NCBI GenBank assembly: GCA_963663165.1
Contig: OY760175.1
Location: 4,224,001 to 4,288,000 of the forward strand
DNA length: 64,000 nt
Source of the DNA: an uncultured Desulfospira sp.
Lineage (GTDB): Bacteria; Desulfobacterota; Desulfobacteria; Desulfobacterales; Desulfobacteraceae
Direction: 5' to 3'
Shown: piece by piece, positions 50,881 to 58,871 of the stretch
Position numbering within the stretch: position 1 is the stretch's first letter
Layout of the letters: every line of letters starts with the position of its first letter
Translations under genes and position numbers: made by a program
The notes under the pieces: generated by a model
Database searches by the model: none
What the model was told of the DNA's origin: nothing
Seen by the model: only the letters and a program-made list of their open reading frames with translations

Positions 50881-51630
50881 TTACCACATGGTTAAAAACG
50901 GTTTGCCGTCTGAAATGGCATACAGCCGTTCATTGGAGCCGCGGATATGGGCTTCGGTATATTTAATCAGCCGGTCTAAATCGTTTTTCTTTAAAAGATG
51001 AATAAACTCCAGATGCTCCTGTGCAATGATGGCTGACATGGTGATGTCTGCGGTTGTTTCAACAATCATGTTAAGAAGGTCCAAAACAGACGCATAAGCC
51101 ATTTTGAGTATGGGGTTGCCCCCGATGTCGGCCAAATGCTGGTGAAAAATAAAGTTCTGTTTGTGGGCCACCGTTCCCTGCTCAATGAGATCCATGGATT
51201 TTTGGGCACATTGTTCAAGAATTTCGATATCTGCCGGTTTTACCCGCTGATGGACAAGTTCAATGATGTCTTTTTCAAGAAACAGCCGGGCTTCGGTCAT
51301 ATCTTCAAGTTTAATCCGGCCAAGCCCCATCAGATTATTCAACGCCTGGGTCAGCGGCCGGTGGGACGGCTCCCGGATAACGGCCCCGCCGTTGGCACCT
51401 TTTGAAATATCCACAATATCAAGCGTGTTCAGGATCTGGTATGCCTGACGAACGGTATTGCGGCTCACCTTAACCTGCTGGGCAAGTTCCCGCTCCGTGG
51501 GCAGCCGGTCACCAATTTTTAACTCACCGTTAAAAATTTTTTTCCGAAGCTGGTCAACGATGAACTCAAAGGTGTTTTTAATTTTAATCGGTTCGTATTC
51601 AATCTTTGTACTGGACAAGGTTCTTTCCAA
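50881..51630 (-). CDS. FadR/GntR-family regulator
   Basis: GDRLPTERELA..VSRNTVR winged HTH and FCD domain FHQHLA..GNP. Confidence 0.9.
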   Translation of the reverse strand: MERTLSSTKIEYEPIKIKNTFEFIVDQLRKKIFNGELKIGDRLPTERELAQQVKVSRNTVRQAYQILNTLDIVDISKGANGGAVIREPSHRPLTQALNNLMGLGRIKLEDMTEARLFLEKDIIELVHQRVKPADIEILEQCAQKSMDLIEQGTVAHKQNFIFHQHLADIGGNPILKMAYASVLDLLNMIVETTADITMSAIIAQEHLEFIHLLKKNDLDRLIKYTEAHIRGSNERLYAISDGKPFLTMW

Positions 51631-51881
51631 AATTATCTGTGTTAAGCCCTGTTTTATTCCGCCGAGCGCCGCAATAGATCATCATCAGAAAAGGAAAAGG
51701 GCGGCTATCTGGGTTAGGGTGAATGGGTCACCCAATTGTCGTTTACACATAGAAGCCGGTTTGTGTCAAGCGCAAATTTTATTAAAGATTCAATAAATTA
51801 TTTCAAATGCCGGTTTGAATACAATGCTTGCTTATATGATGTGTATAACAGGTGCCTATAACGTATGCCGGTGTTAGAGCG

Positions 51882-52178
51882 ATGCAAACACAATCAAAAA
51901 CATTGGTCAGAAAACAATTTTTCATTTCCCCAGCCCAGGTAAAAAAACTTGAAACGCTGAGTTCCTCCTTGAAAGGGCGTTCCGCTGCTCAAATTGTTCG
52001 GGATGCTATAGACGCTTATGACCCTGATGGTGAACTGGCTCAAAACCAGGAACAAGAATTATTGGCCATTGCTCATGCAAAGGTAAAAGACGCCATTGCC
52101 AGAACAGAGGCTACCATTAAAAAAGCAGATCATTGCCTTGAGAATCTTTCTGCGGTTAAAGGGGAGATCAAACAATGA
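51882..52178 (+). CDS. Ribbon-helix-helix (CopG-like) DNA-binding protein
   Basis: RKQFFIS strand, two helices (SAAQIVRDAIDAY) and a coiled C-terminus. Confidence 0.65.
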   Translation: MQTQSKTLVRKQFFISPAQVKKLETLSSSLKGRSAAQIVRDAIDAYDPDGELAQNQEQELLAIAHAKVKDAIARTEATIKKADHCLENLSAVKGEIKQ

Positions 52179-52368
52179 CGGGTTGGAAAGAGTCGGTGTT
52201 GGACATTATCCGGCAAATACCGTTCAAAGGCTTAATGACAGAACCGAGAAATTGGCTGATCAAACCAACGGCATTGATAAACGGGTGGTTCGGCTTGAAA
52301 CTCTTGTGGCGGTTGCCGAAACAGGCCAACCGGTGCAAAAGTCATTCAAACAACGTGAATCAGAATAA
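52175..52368 (+). pseudogene. Small coiled-coil partner of the RHH protein, apparently frameshifted near 52216-52220
   Basis: ATGA-coupled MTGWKESVLDIIRQI continues more plausibly in the other frame as TVQRLNDRTEKLADQTNGIDKRVVRLETLV. Confidence 0.45.
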
Positions 52369-52556
52369 AAGGGAAACGTTTGTTTTCAACAGTCCCCTCG
52401 TTTTATGGGGCCGATGTCCATAACTATGATAATAGTCTGGGGTTTGGAATTCAGCATTTAGGGGTGTTCGTTTTTGATGTAGTCCTCGGTGAAAATTTCA
52501 ATCTATTTCATTGTTGTAAATTATCATACAACTACAGTGTGTGGACGGGGGAACTA

Positions 52557-52669
52557 TTATCTTGGTTCCGTGTCTGGTCGAAAAATATCAATTTTGGTTT
52601 CAAGGCATTTTTTAAGAGATTGGTCATAGACGCCAACGCTATACCAGGAATCAGGTTTTTGATACAAAT
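52557..52669 (-). pseudogene. brxL: Detached 3' end of brxL (last 36 codons plus stop)
   Basis: Translates to LYQKPDSWYSVGVYDQSLKKCLETKIDIFRPDTEPR*, which joins ...IKIGRGLD in frame when 52670-56875 and one ACAAAT are removed. Confidence 0.9.
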
Positions 52670-52807
52670 TGAGAATGGTCACAGAAAATCATGGAAAAAT
52701 TGAAGATAATTTGCAAGATATGTCAGGTTTGAGGCAGAAGTTCCCTTGTTTATCTCGCAAATAATCGTGAAACTCCTGCCTCCCCACCCAATAACAGGGC
52801 AGGAGAT

Positions 52808-53395
52808 ATGCTATCAGAAGTTCTAAAAAGCGAAAGTCTTTTTTGGAATCTATACAAAATAGATCTGGCAACAGCCGAACGTTATAGACAGATGAAGTGC
52901 CCCCACTGCCAGGGACCGTTGTATTATGCCAATTATCTGCGCAAACCCAGGGGGGAGCCTGAAGGGTTGTCTGAAGAATGTTTTTTACAATTCAGTTTAT
53001 GCTGCGGAAGGGAAGGCTGCCGACGGCGTTTGATCCCGCCAACCTGCCGTTTCCTTGGTAAAAACATTTACTGGTATGCGGCCATTCTGACGATTGTGTC
53101 CGACTGGCAGAACCAATCTGTAGGTATCACGATGTCCAGGTTTGCTGAAACAATCGGTATCTCCCGCAACACCCTTAGACGCTGGGTCGGTTTGTTTAAA
53201 GAAATATTTCCAACAAGCGCTCAATGGAAGAAAATCCGGGGCCGAGTGCCTGCAAGCGTGAAAAATGACAGTCTTCCGGCAAGTTTGGTCAACTTCTATC
53301 TGCATCAACAGGCATCCATCAAAGAAACGTTGATCTCCTGTTTGTCATTCTTGTCTCAAGGCAATGAAATATCACAAAAAATAAGGGCCGGGTAA
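52808..53395 (+). CDS. Transposon ORF1: Cys-rich (CPHC...CC...C) protein with a C-terminal HTH-like segment
   Basis: CPHC.G.L..ANY.RKPRG, FSLCC..EGCRRR and IGISRNTLRRW; AGGAG Shine-Dalgarno. Confidence 0.8.
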   Translation: MLSEVLKSESLFWNLYKIDLATAERYRQMKCPHCQGPLYYANYLRKPRGEPEGLSEECFLQFSLCCGREGCRRRLIPPTCRFLGKNIYWYAAILTIVSDWQNQSVGITMSRFAETIGISRNTLRRWVGLFKEIFPTSAQWKKIRGRVPASVKNDSLPASLVNFYLHQQASIKETLISCLSFLSQGNEISQKIRAG

Positions 53396-53510
53396 TCTCA
53401 CGCAGAAGATGGGCGTGGCCTTGGGCGATCAACTGTTCTATCAAAGGGGCCGGGATTTTTATCAGCATTCCGCTGAAAATTTTAACTTAAAATTGAAAGG
53501 ACCCCGGCCT

Positions 53511-54956
53511 ATGAACAGTAAAAACCAAAGTCCGGTTGATAAATGGGCTTTGTTTCGCTTCTCAGTCGTTGGTGGTTTGCTGGCAAATCCGCCGGCCAAG
53601 GGTGAGCTGCGTAAGGAACTGGAAAAGCTTTCCAATCAGATTTACACCCATCCCATCACGAACGAATCGACGGTATTTCATTTTTCAACTATTGAAAGCT
53701 GGTATTACAAGGCAAAAAATGCCCAGGACCCCATCATTGCTTTAGGACGGAAAGTTCGTTCAGACTATGGCGGTTCAATTGTATTCACGCCTGAACTGAT
53801 CCGGATGCTGGGCAGACAATACCGGACCTATCCGAACTGGAGCTACAAACTGCACGCAGATAATTTCGCAGCAGAACTTCAAGAAAAAGCCAATTCAGTA
53901 TCGATACCATCCTATGCCAGTGTCCGGCGGCGGATGGTCGAAAGAGGGTGGACCAGGAAACCCTCAGCCAAGAAAAAACAGACAGCGGGCATGAAAACTG
54001 CCGCAACGCGGTTCGAAAGCCATGAGATCCGTGGATATGAAGCAGAATGTGTTCACAGCCTGTGGCATCTGGATTTTCATGAAGGCAGTCTGCGGGTGGT
54101 GGATAACAACGGTAACTGGTATACGCCCAAAGCCTTATGTATTCTTGACGACCACTCCCGCCTGTGCTGCCACATCCAATGGTATTCAGGAGAAACCACC
54201 CAGGATTTGATTCATGGATTGACCCAGGCCTTTTTCAAAAGGGGGCTTCCCAGGGCACTGATGACGGACAACGGATCTGCCATGACCTCCCATGAGTTTT
54301 GCAACGGGCTTAAGAAAACAGGGATACTTCATGAAACGACATTGCCCTACAGCCCTTATCAAAACGGTAAGCAGGAAGCCTTTTGGGGCACCCTTGAAGG
54401 CAGATTGATGGCCATGCTGACCCGGGTGGACCCTCTGACACTGGAATATCTCAATCACCGCAGTCAGGCTTGGGTCGAGATGGAATATAACAAAACCAGG
54501 CATAGTGACATCGGCACATCTCCTGTTCAACGCATGCTTGAAGGCAAAGATGTTTCCCGGCCGGCACCGGATGAAGAACAATTACGTTTCGCCTTTACAG
54601 TTTGCGAAGTCAGAAATCAGCGCAAGTCTGACGGTACCGTGTCCATCAACGGGGTAAGATTTGAGATCCCTTCCCGGTTTCACCATATCCCTCGGTTACA
54701 TGTCTGCTTTGCCAATTGGGATAAATCCATGGCCTGGCTCATGGACCAGAGAACCGGCAAACAGATTGCGCCGATCTACCCCCAAGACAAAATCAAAAAT
54801 GCTTCAGGAAAACGAAAGATCAAGTCGAGACCTGAACATACCATTCTACCGGATGAAACATTGAAAGAATCCGAGCCTGCATTATTAAGAAAACTGATGG
54901 CCGAGTATGCCCAAAGCGGCATGCCCCCAGCCTATCTGCCCAAAGGAGAATCATGA
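53511..54956 (+). CDS. DDE transposase/integrase (rve core with a Mu-transposase-like C-terminal domain)
   Basis: LWHLDFH, ILDDHSR, MTDNGSA, NGKQEAFW and DGTVSINGVRFEIP motifs. Confidence 0.92.
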   Translation: MNSKNQSPVDKWALFRFSVVGGLLANPPAKGELRKELEKLSNQIYTHPITNESTVFHFSTIESWYYKAKNAQDPIIALGRKVRSDYGGSIVFTPELIRMLGRQYRTYPNWSYKLHADNFAAELQEKANSVSIPSYASVRRRMVERGWTRKPSAKKKQTAGMKTAATRFESHEIRGYEAECVHSLWHLDFHEGSLRVVDNNGNWYTPKALCILDDHSRLCCHIQWYSGETTQDLIHGLTQAFFKRGLPRALMTDNGSAMTSHEFCNGLKKTGILHETTLPYSPYQNGKQEAFWGTLEGRLMAMLTRVDPLTLEYLNHRSQAWVEMEYNKTRHSDIGTSPVQRMLEGKDVSRPAPDEEQLRFAFTVCEVRNQRKSDGTVSINGVRFEIPSRFHHIPRLHVCFANWDKSMAWLMDQRTGKQIAPIYPQDKIKNASGKRKIKSRPEHTILPDETLKESEPALLRKLMAEYAQSGMPPAYLPKGES

Positions 54957-55780
54957 ACAACAAACAGCTTCTGGCTTATTACGGCCTTAAATGGAATCCT
55001 TTTTTGTCCAATATCCCCGTGGAGGCTTTATGGCATCCGCCATTGATGAACAGTTTTATTTTTCGTCTTGAGAATATGACCCTGAACGGGGGCTTTGCTT
55101 TGATCAGCGGGGACCCTGGCCTTGGCAAATCCAAGGCGTTGCAGATGATTGCCCAAAAGTTCGGTAAACTTGACGAGGTAGTTGTCGGGGTAATGGAACG
55201 TCCCCAAAGCAGTGTCGGAGACTTTTACCGGGAAATGGGAGTTTTGTTTGGTGTCAATTTAAGCCCTGCCAACCGGTATGGCGGGTTCAAGGATCTTCGG
55301 GAGCGCTGGAGGCATCATGTAAAAACCACCTTGTTCCGGCCCATCCTGCTCATAGATGAAGCCCAGGAGATGCTGACCGGATGCTTAAATGAACTGCGTT
55401 TGTTGAACAGCGCGGACTTTGACTCCCAAAACCTGTTGACCACCGTGATTTGCGGCGATGACCGGCTCCCGGAACGGTTCAGATCAAGATCCCTGGTATC
55501 GCTGGGAAGCCGGATGCAGTTCCGGTTGACGCTGCTTCCCTATGTCCGGGATGACCTGCTGGATTACATGGATCACAGCCTGAACCAGGCCGGCGCCCCG
55601 CACTTAATGACGAAAACTCTGATCAGGACCCTTGCAGACCATTGCGCCGGCAACCTGCGGGTTCTTAACAGTATGGCCGCAGACCTGCTGGCTGCGGGGA
55701 TTGAGAAAGAACTCAATCAATTGGACGAAAAACTTTTTATGGAAGTCTATTCCAGACAGCCGCCCAATAAAAAATCATAG
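54953..55780 (+). CDS. ExeA/MuB/TnsC-like AAA+ ATPase
   Basis: YGLKWNPF, Walker A GDPGLGKS, Walker B LLIDEAQ and AGNLRVLN; ATGA overlap with the transposase. Confidence 0.9.
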   Translation: MNNKQLLAYYGLKWNPFLSNIPVEALWHPPLMNSFIFRLENMTLNGGFALISGDPGLGKSKALQMIAQKFGKLDEVVVGVMERPQSSVGDFYREMGVLFGVNLSPANRYGGFKDLRERWRHHVKTTLFRPILLIDEAQEMLTGCLNELRLLNSADFDSQNLLTTVICGDDRLPERFRSRSLVSLGSRMQFRLTLLPYVRDDLLDYMDHSLNQAGAPHLMTKTLIRTLADHCAGNLRVLNSMAADLLAAGIEKELNQLDEKLFMEVYSRQPPNKKS

Positions 55781-55789
55781 GAGAACAAT

Positions 55790-55972
55790 ATGGGTATTTA
55801 TGATGATCCGGACATGAAACTGGAAGAAATTACACAGGAATTGGAACATTTTATCCTGGATATGGTCCTTGCCGGACTTGAAAACTTGAATATGGAATAT
55901 CGGGCCTTCAGGCAATTCCAGAAACAAAGGCTCACGGAAAAGAACCGTCATAAAGAACACGAGCCGTTTTAA
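55790..55972 (+). CDS. Small hypothetical protein inside the transposon
   Basis: 60 aa, AGGAG Shine-Dalgarno, co-directional with its neighbours. Confidence 0.55.
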   Translation: MGIYDDPDMKLEEITQELEHFILDMVLAGLENLNMEYRAFRQFQKQRLTEKNRHKEHEPF

Positions 55973-56009
55973 ACGTACGCCCGGACTCTAAAGGTCCGGG
56001 CCTGCCTCA

Positions 56010-56798
56010 ATGGAAAAAATACTATGGAAAATCGGCAATTATTTTAAGCACCGCTTCAGCCTGGCAGTTCTTGATGAAATTAAGGGCCGGTGGCCCGTTC
56101 TCCCCTCTTGTAAAAACATCCCTTATCTTAAAGCTGAAAATGCCGGAGGAAGGCACATCCTGATCAGACCTGATCCTGTTATTGAGCCTTATTATTTTCT
56201 TGCCGACGATTTAAACATTGACCTGCTTATCCGGCATCATCAATCCATATCAAACCGCTTTAAACCAGGCAGGATGGTTATGGAAACATCTCCCGGCAAT
56301 TATCAAATTTGGATTCACAGTGACCGTCCGTTAAGCCTTCCCGAAAAAAAGTATTGGTTGGAAAACATGCACAGTGATCCCGGCGCCGACCCGAAAAACA
56401 GGTGGGGCAGATGCCCCGGGTTCAGGAACAGAAAAGCAAAACATAGAACGCCTTCAGGACAATACCCTTTGGCAAAGCTATTATGGGTGGACTGGAAATG
56501 CCAGGCTATTGTCCCTGAAATAGAATTATCCTCCCGACCTCAAGAAGTCTTTTCCCATCAACCCCGGGGGGGAGTGTGCCATAACGGTAATATTTCCCGC
56601 TCCCTCTATGATAAGGGTGACGAATCTGCCACTGATTTTGCATATGCTCTGGCCCTCTATAGAAGAGGTTTTTCACGAATGGAAATTTACAATCGCATTA
56701 TCAATGAAAGGCAGGATTGGATTAATCATGCGGATGAACGAAAAAAAACACAGTATCTGATCAGGACATTACAAAAAGCTGAAAAAATTATCAGTTAA
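56010..56798 (+). CDS. RepB'-family (RSF1010-type) DNA primase
   Basis: LADDL, ETSPGNYQIW and DPGAD...GRCPGFRNRK catalytic-domain motifs; C-terminal helical bundle GDESATDFAYALAL...YLIRTLQKA. Confidence 0.85.
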   Translation: MEKILWKIGNYFKHRFSLAVLDEIKGRWPVLPSCKNIPYLKAENAGGRHILIRPDPVIEPYYFLADDLNIDLLIRHHQSISNRFKPGRMVMETSPGNYQIWIHSDRPLSLPEKKYWLENMHSDPGADPKNRWGRCPGFRNRKAKHRTPSGQYPLAKLLWVDWKCQAIVPEIELSSRPQEVFSHQPRGGVCHNGNISRSLYDKGDESATDFAYALALYRRGFSRMEIYNRIINERQDWINHADERKKTQYLIRTLQKAEKIIS

Positions 56799-56875
56799 AA
56801 TCGGGCTCTCTTGGCCTCCGGGAAAGCCCTTATTTACCATGAAACGTTGTCCATGAATTATCGTGATTGCTCTCA

Positions 56876-58868
56876 ACAAATCCAGGCCGCGGCCGATTTT
56901 AATTGTCCAGCCATTATCGATCCTGATTTCACGGTCATGGAGATGTTCGTTTATTTTGATATCAAGCGCGATATCCAGTTCTAAAAGGCTTTGTTTTACA
57001 TCGTTCAGCCGGTCTGAAAGTTCTTTTAGGTCTGTCTGGTCATCGTAGCTCGTTAAAAGTGAAATTTTCTGGACTGTTGGTGTTTTAATCACCGCCTCAC
57101 AAAACCGGATGAAATTTTGAACCTGGTGGTTTGCCCGGATATATGGATCTTCTATCTCTATGGTTTTAGCTCCTGTCAGGTACGGGGATAAAATGGATTC
57201 ATAGCTGTATCCCGTTGCGCCATAGTTGATGGTAAAATGTTGCTCCCGAGGTTCCTCTTTTATGAGGAGTTCCGCGCCGGGTTCTTCTTCCGGTTCAGGC
57301 AGTTTTAGCTGATCCACCGAAGCAATTTTTTGTTTTTCCGCACTTTTCTGCCGGCTGTTTTCCTTTGTTCCTTCACTGCCGTGGATATCCTTTCTGACAG
57401 GTTCCTGGGTGGCGTCTGCTGTTTTTGATTCCGGGCAATAAACAACAATTTCTTGGTCTTTGCTGTTGATATACGACAAATTGATTTTTGCAAATTCATC
57501 ATCTGATTTGCGTTTGTTCATCTGCTCTTTGACACGCCTTCGGCATTCAATGGCATAGGAGACATATTCTTCAAATTCTTCATCTGAAACATTACCCGCC
57601 GGATGAAGGATTTTCAGAAAAGAGGCCACAGTCTTTTTGATGCCTTTTTCATCCCGGCCTTCAACGGATTTGCCAAGGCGAATTCGCTTGCTGACCTCCT
57701 CGTACCGGTTGGTGTGCTTGAGTTGATGGTGAAAGGCTTCGGCAAGATAATCGGTGATAAATCCGTAGTTTTTCGTTAGAAAATCACTGCTGTTTTTGGG
57801 CATTTCCCAGCCGGGCAGATAAAGGGCAAACCTGTCCATCACAGCCAGGTCAAATTCCTTGGGAAGGGGCTGAAAAAGGTCATAAACTTCTGAGTGAACG
57901 ATCTGCTGGACAGACAAGTCAAGGTTGCCCACAAAGGCCATGGATGCATCAGCAATTACCTCAACCCCACGGGAAAACCGGCCGTTGGCCATGAAATCTT
58001 TCATGATCTGAATGGTATCCTGATCCTTGACCTTGATCCCGCCGACTTCATCAAATGCCACGGTGTCCCAGAACCCGACCAGTCCGATTTTTTTCCGCTG
58101 GTTATTATAAAACAAAGTTGCTTTAGTGGCCTGGCCACCGCTGATCAGGGTTGAGTATGGTGAAAATTCACTAAAAAAGTATGACTTGCCGGTACCTCGC
58201 GGTCCAAGCTCAATAAAATTAAAATTGGGTTCAACCAGCGGGAACAATCGGGCTATGAAGTGGAGTTTCAGCCGTGGGGATAAAACCGTTGGTTCCAGCC
58301 CCACGGAACGCAAAATAATATCTATCCACTCATTGCGGGTAAGTTCGTTTCTTCCTTCGCAGTAACGCTCAAAATCGAATCGACTGAGCTGAATCGGGCG
58401 CAGGTCTTCCACATAAAAAGCATAGTCATCTTCTTCAATCTCATTATATGCGATGGTAACTTCCGCCCACAATCCACCCTGGAGCAACCGGTCATTTTCA
58501 TCAAAGTATTTATGGGCAATGGCAATCCGCCTGGAGTCGAAATTCTCTAATGCCGCCCAATGCCTGCGGTCTTTTTCCACATAATTGACGTGGACTTTAT
58601 CAATAAATCTGTATTTCCCTTTGGTCGCCACTTTGGACTGGGCTTTGTTGGCTTCATTGGGACGCACATAATTGTCATTGAGCGTTTCCAGAACCGCCTC
58701 AAGTCCGGCCTGAATTTCTGCCGGTTCATCACTGGCGCAATATCGTGCCAGCAAAAATTCCAGCACAAAGGTGGGCACATTGGTACCTTTTTTGATGCGG
58801 TGGAGCAGATCTTTGCGAACCACCTTTCCGTCAAACACTGAAATCAGTTTTTTATCTAATGCATCCAT
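56876..58868 (-). pseudogene. brxL: BREX BrxL-like ATPase with a C-terminal MIT_C-like domain, interrupted 36 codons before its stop
   Basis: NVPTFVLEFLL, ELGPRGTGKSY, VAFDEV, KDFMANGRFSRG and RRRVKEQ motifs; IEDPYIR...HDREIRIDNGW. The ORF-track tail to 56769 is transposon-derived. Confidence 0.88.
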
Positions 58869-58871
58869 ATT

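Larger units (their letters stand above)
52670..56875 (+). mobile_element. 4,206-bp DDE transposon (Mu/IS481-like transposase plus AAA ATPase) carrying a RepB'-type primase
   Basis: TG...CA ends. Left end TGAGAATGGTCACAGAAAATCATGGAAAA matches the reverse-complemented right end TGAGAGCAATCACGATAATTCATGGACAA at 20/29. ACAAAT is duplicated at 52664-52669 and 56876-56881. Confidence 0.93.

Noticed and set aside
52380..52703. 107-aa plus-strand ORF
   Set aside because: It is antisense to the brxL remnant and crosses the transposon end, so it is most likely spurious.
56769..56875. C-terminal tail of the 699-aa BrxL ORF as a genuine sequence
   Set aside because: It is read-through into the transposon's right end; the true tail lies at 52557-52667.
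52670..56875. Integrated plasmid, prophage or CRISPR-associated transposon
   Set aside because: There is no relaxase, helicase, tyrosine/serine integrase, virion gene, TniQ or cas gene; the ends and target duplication indicate DDE transposition.
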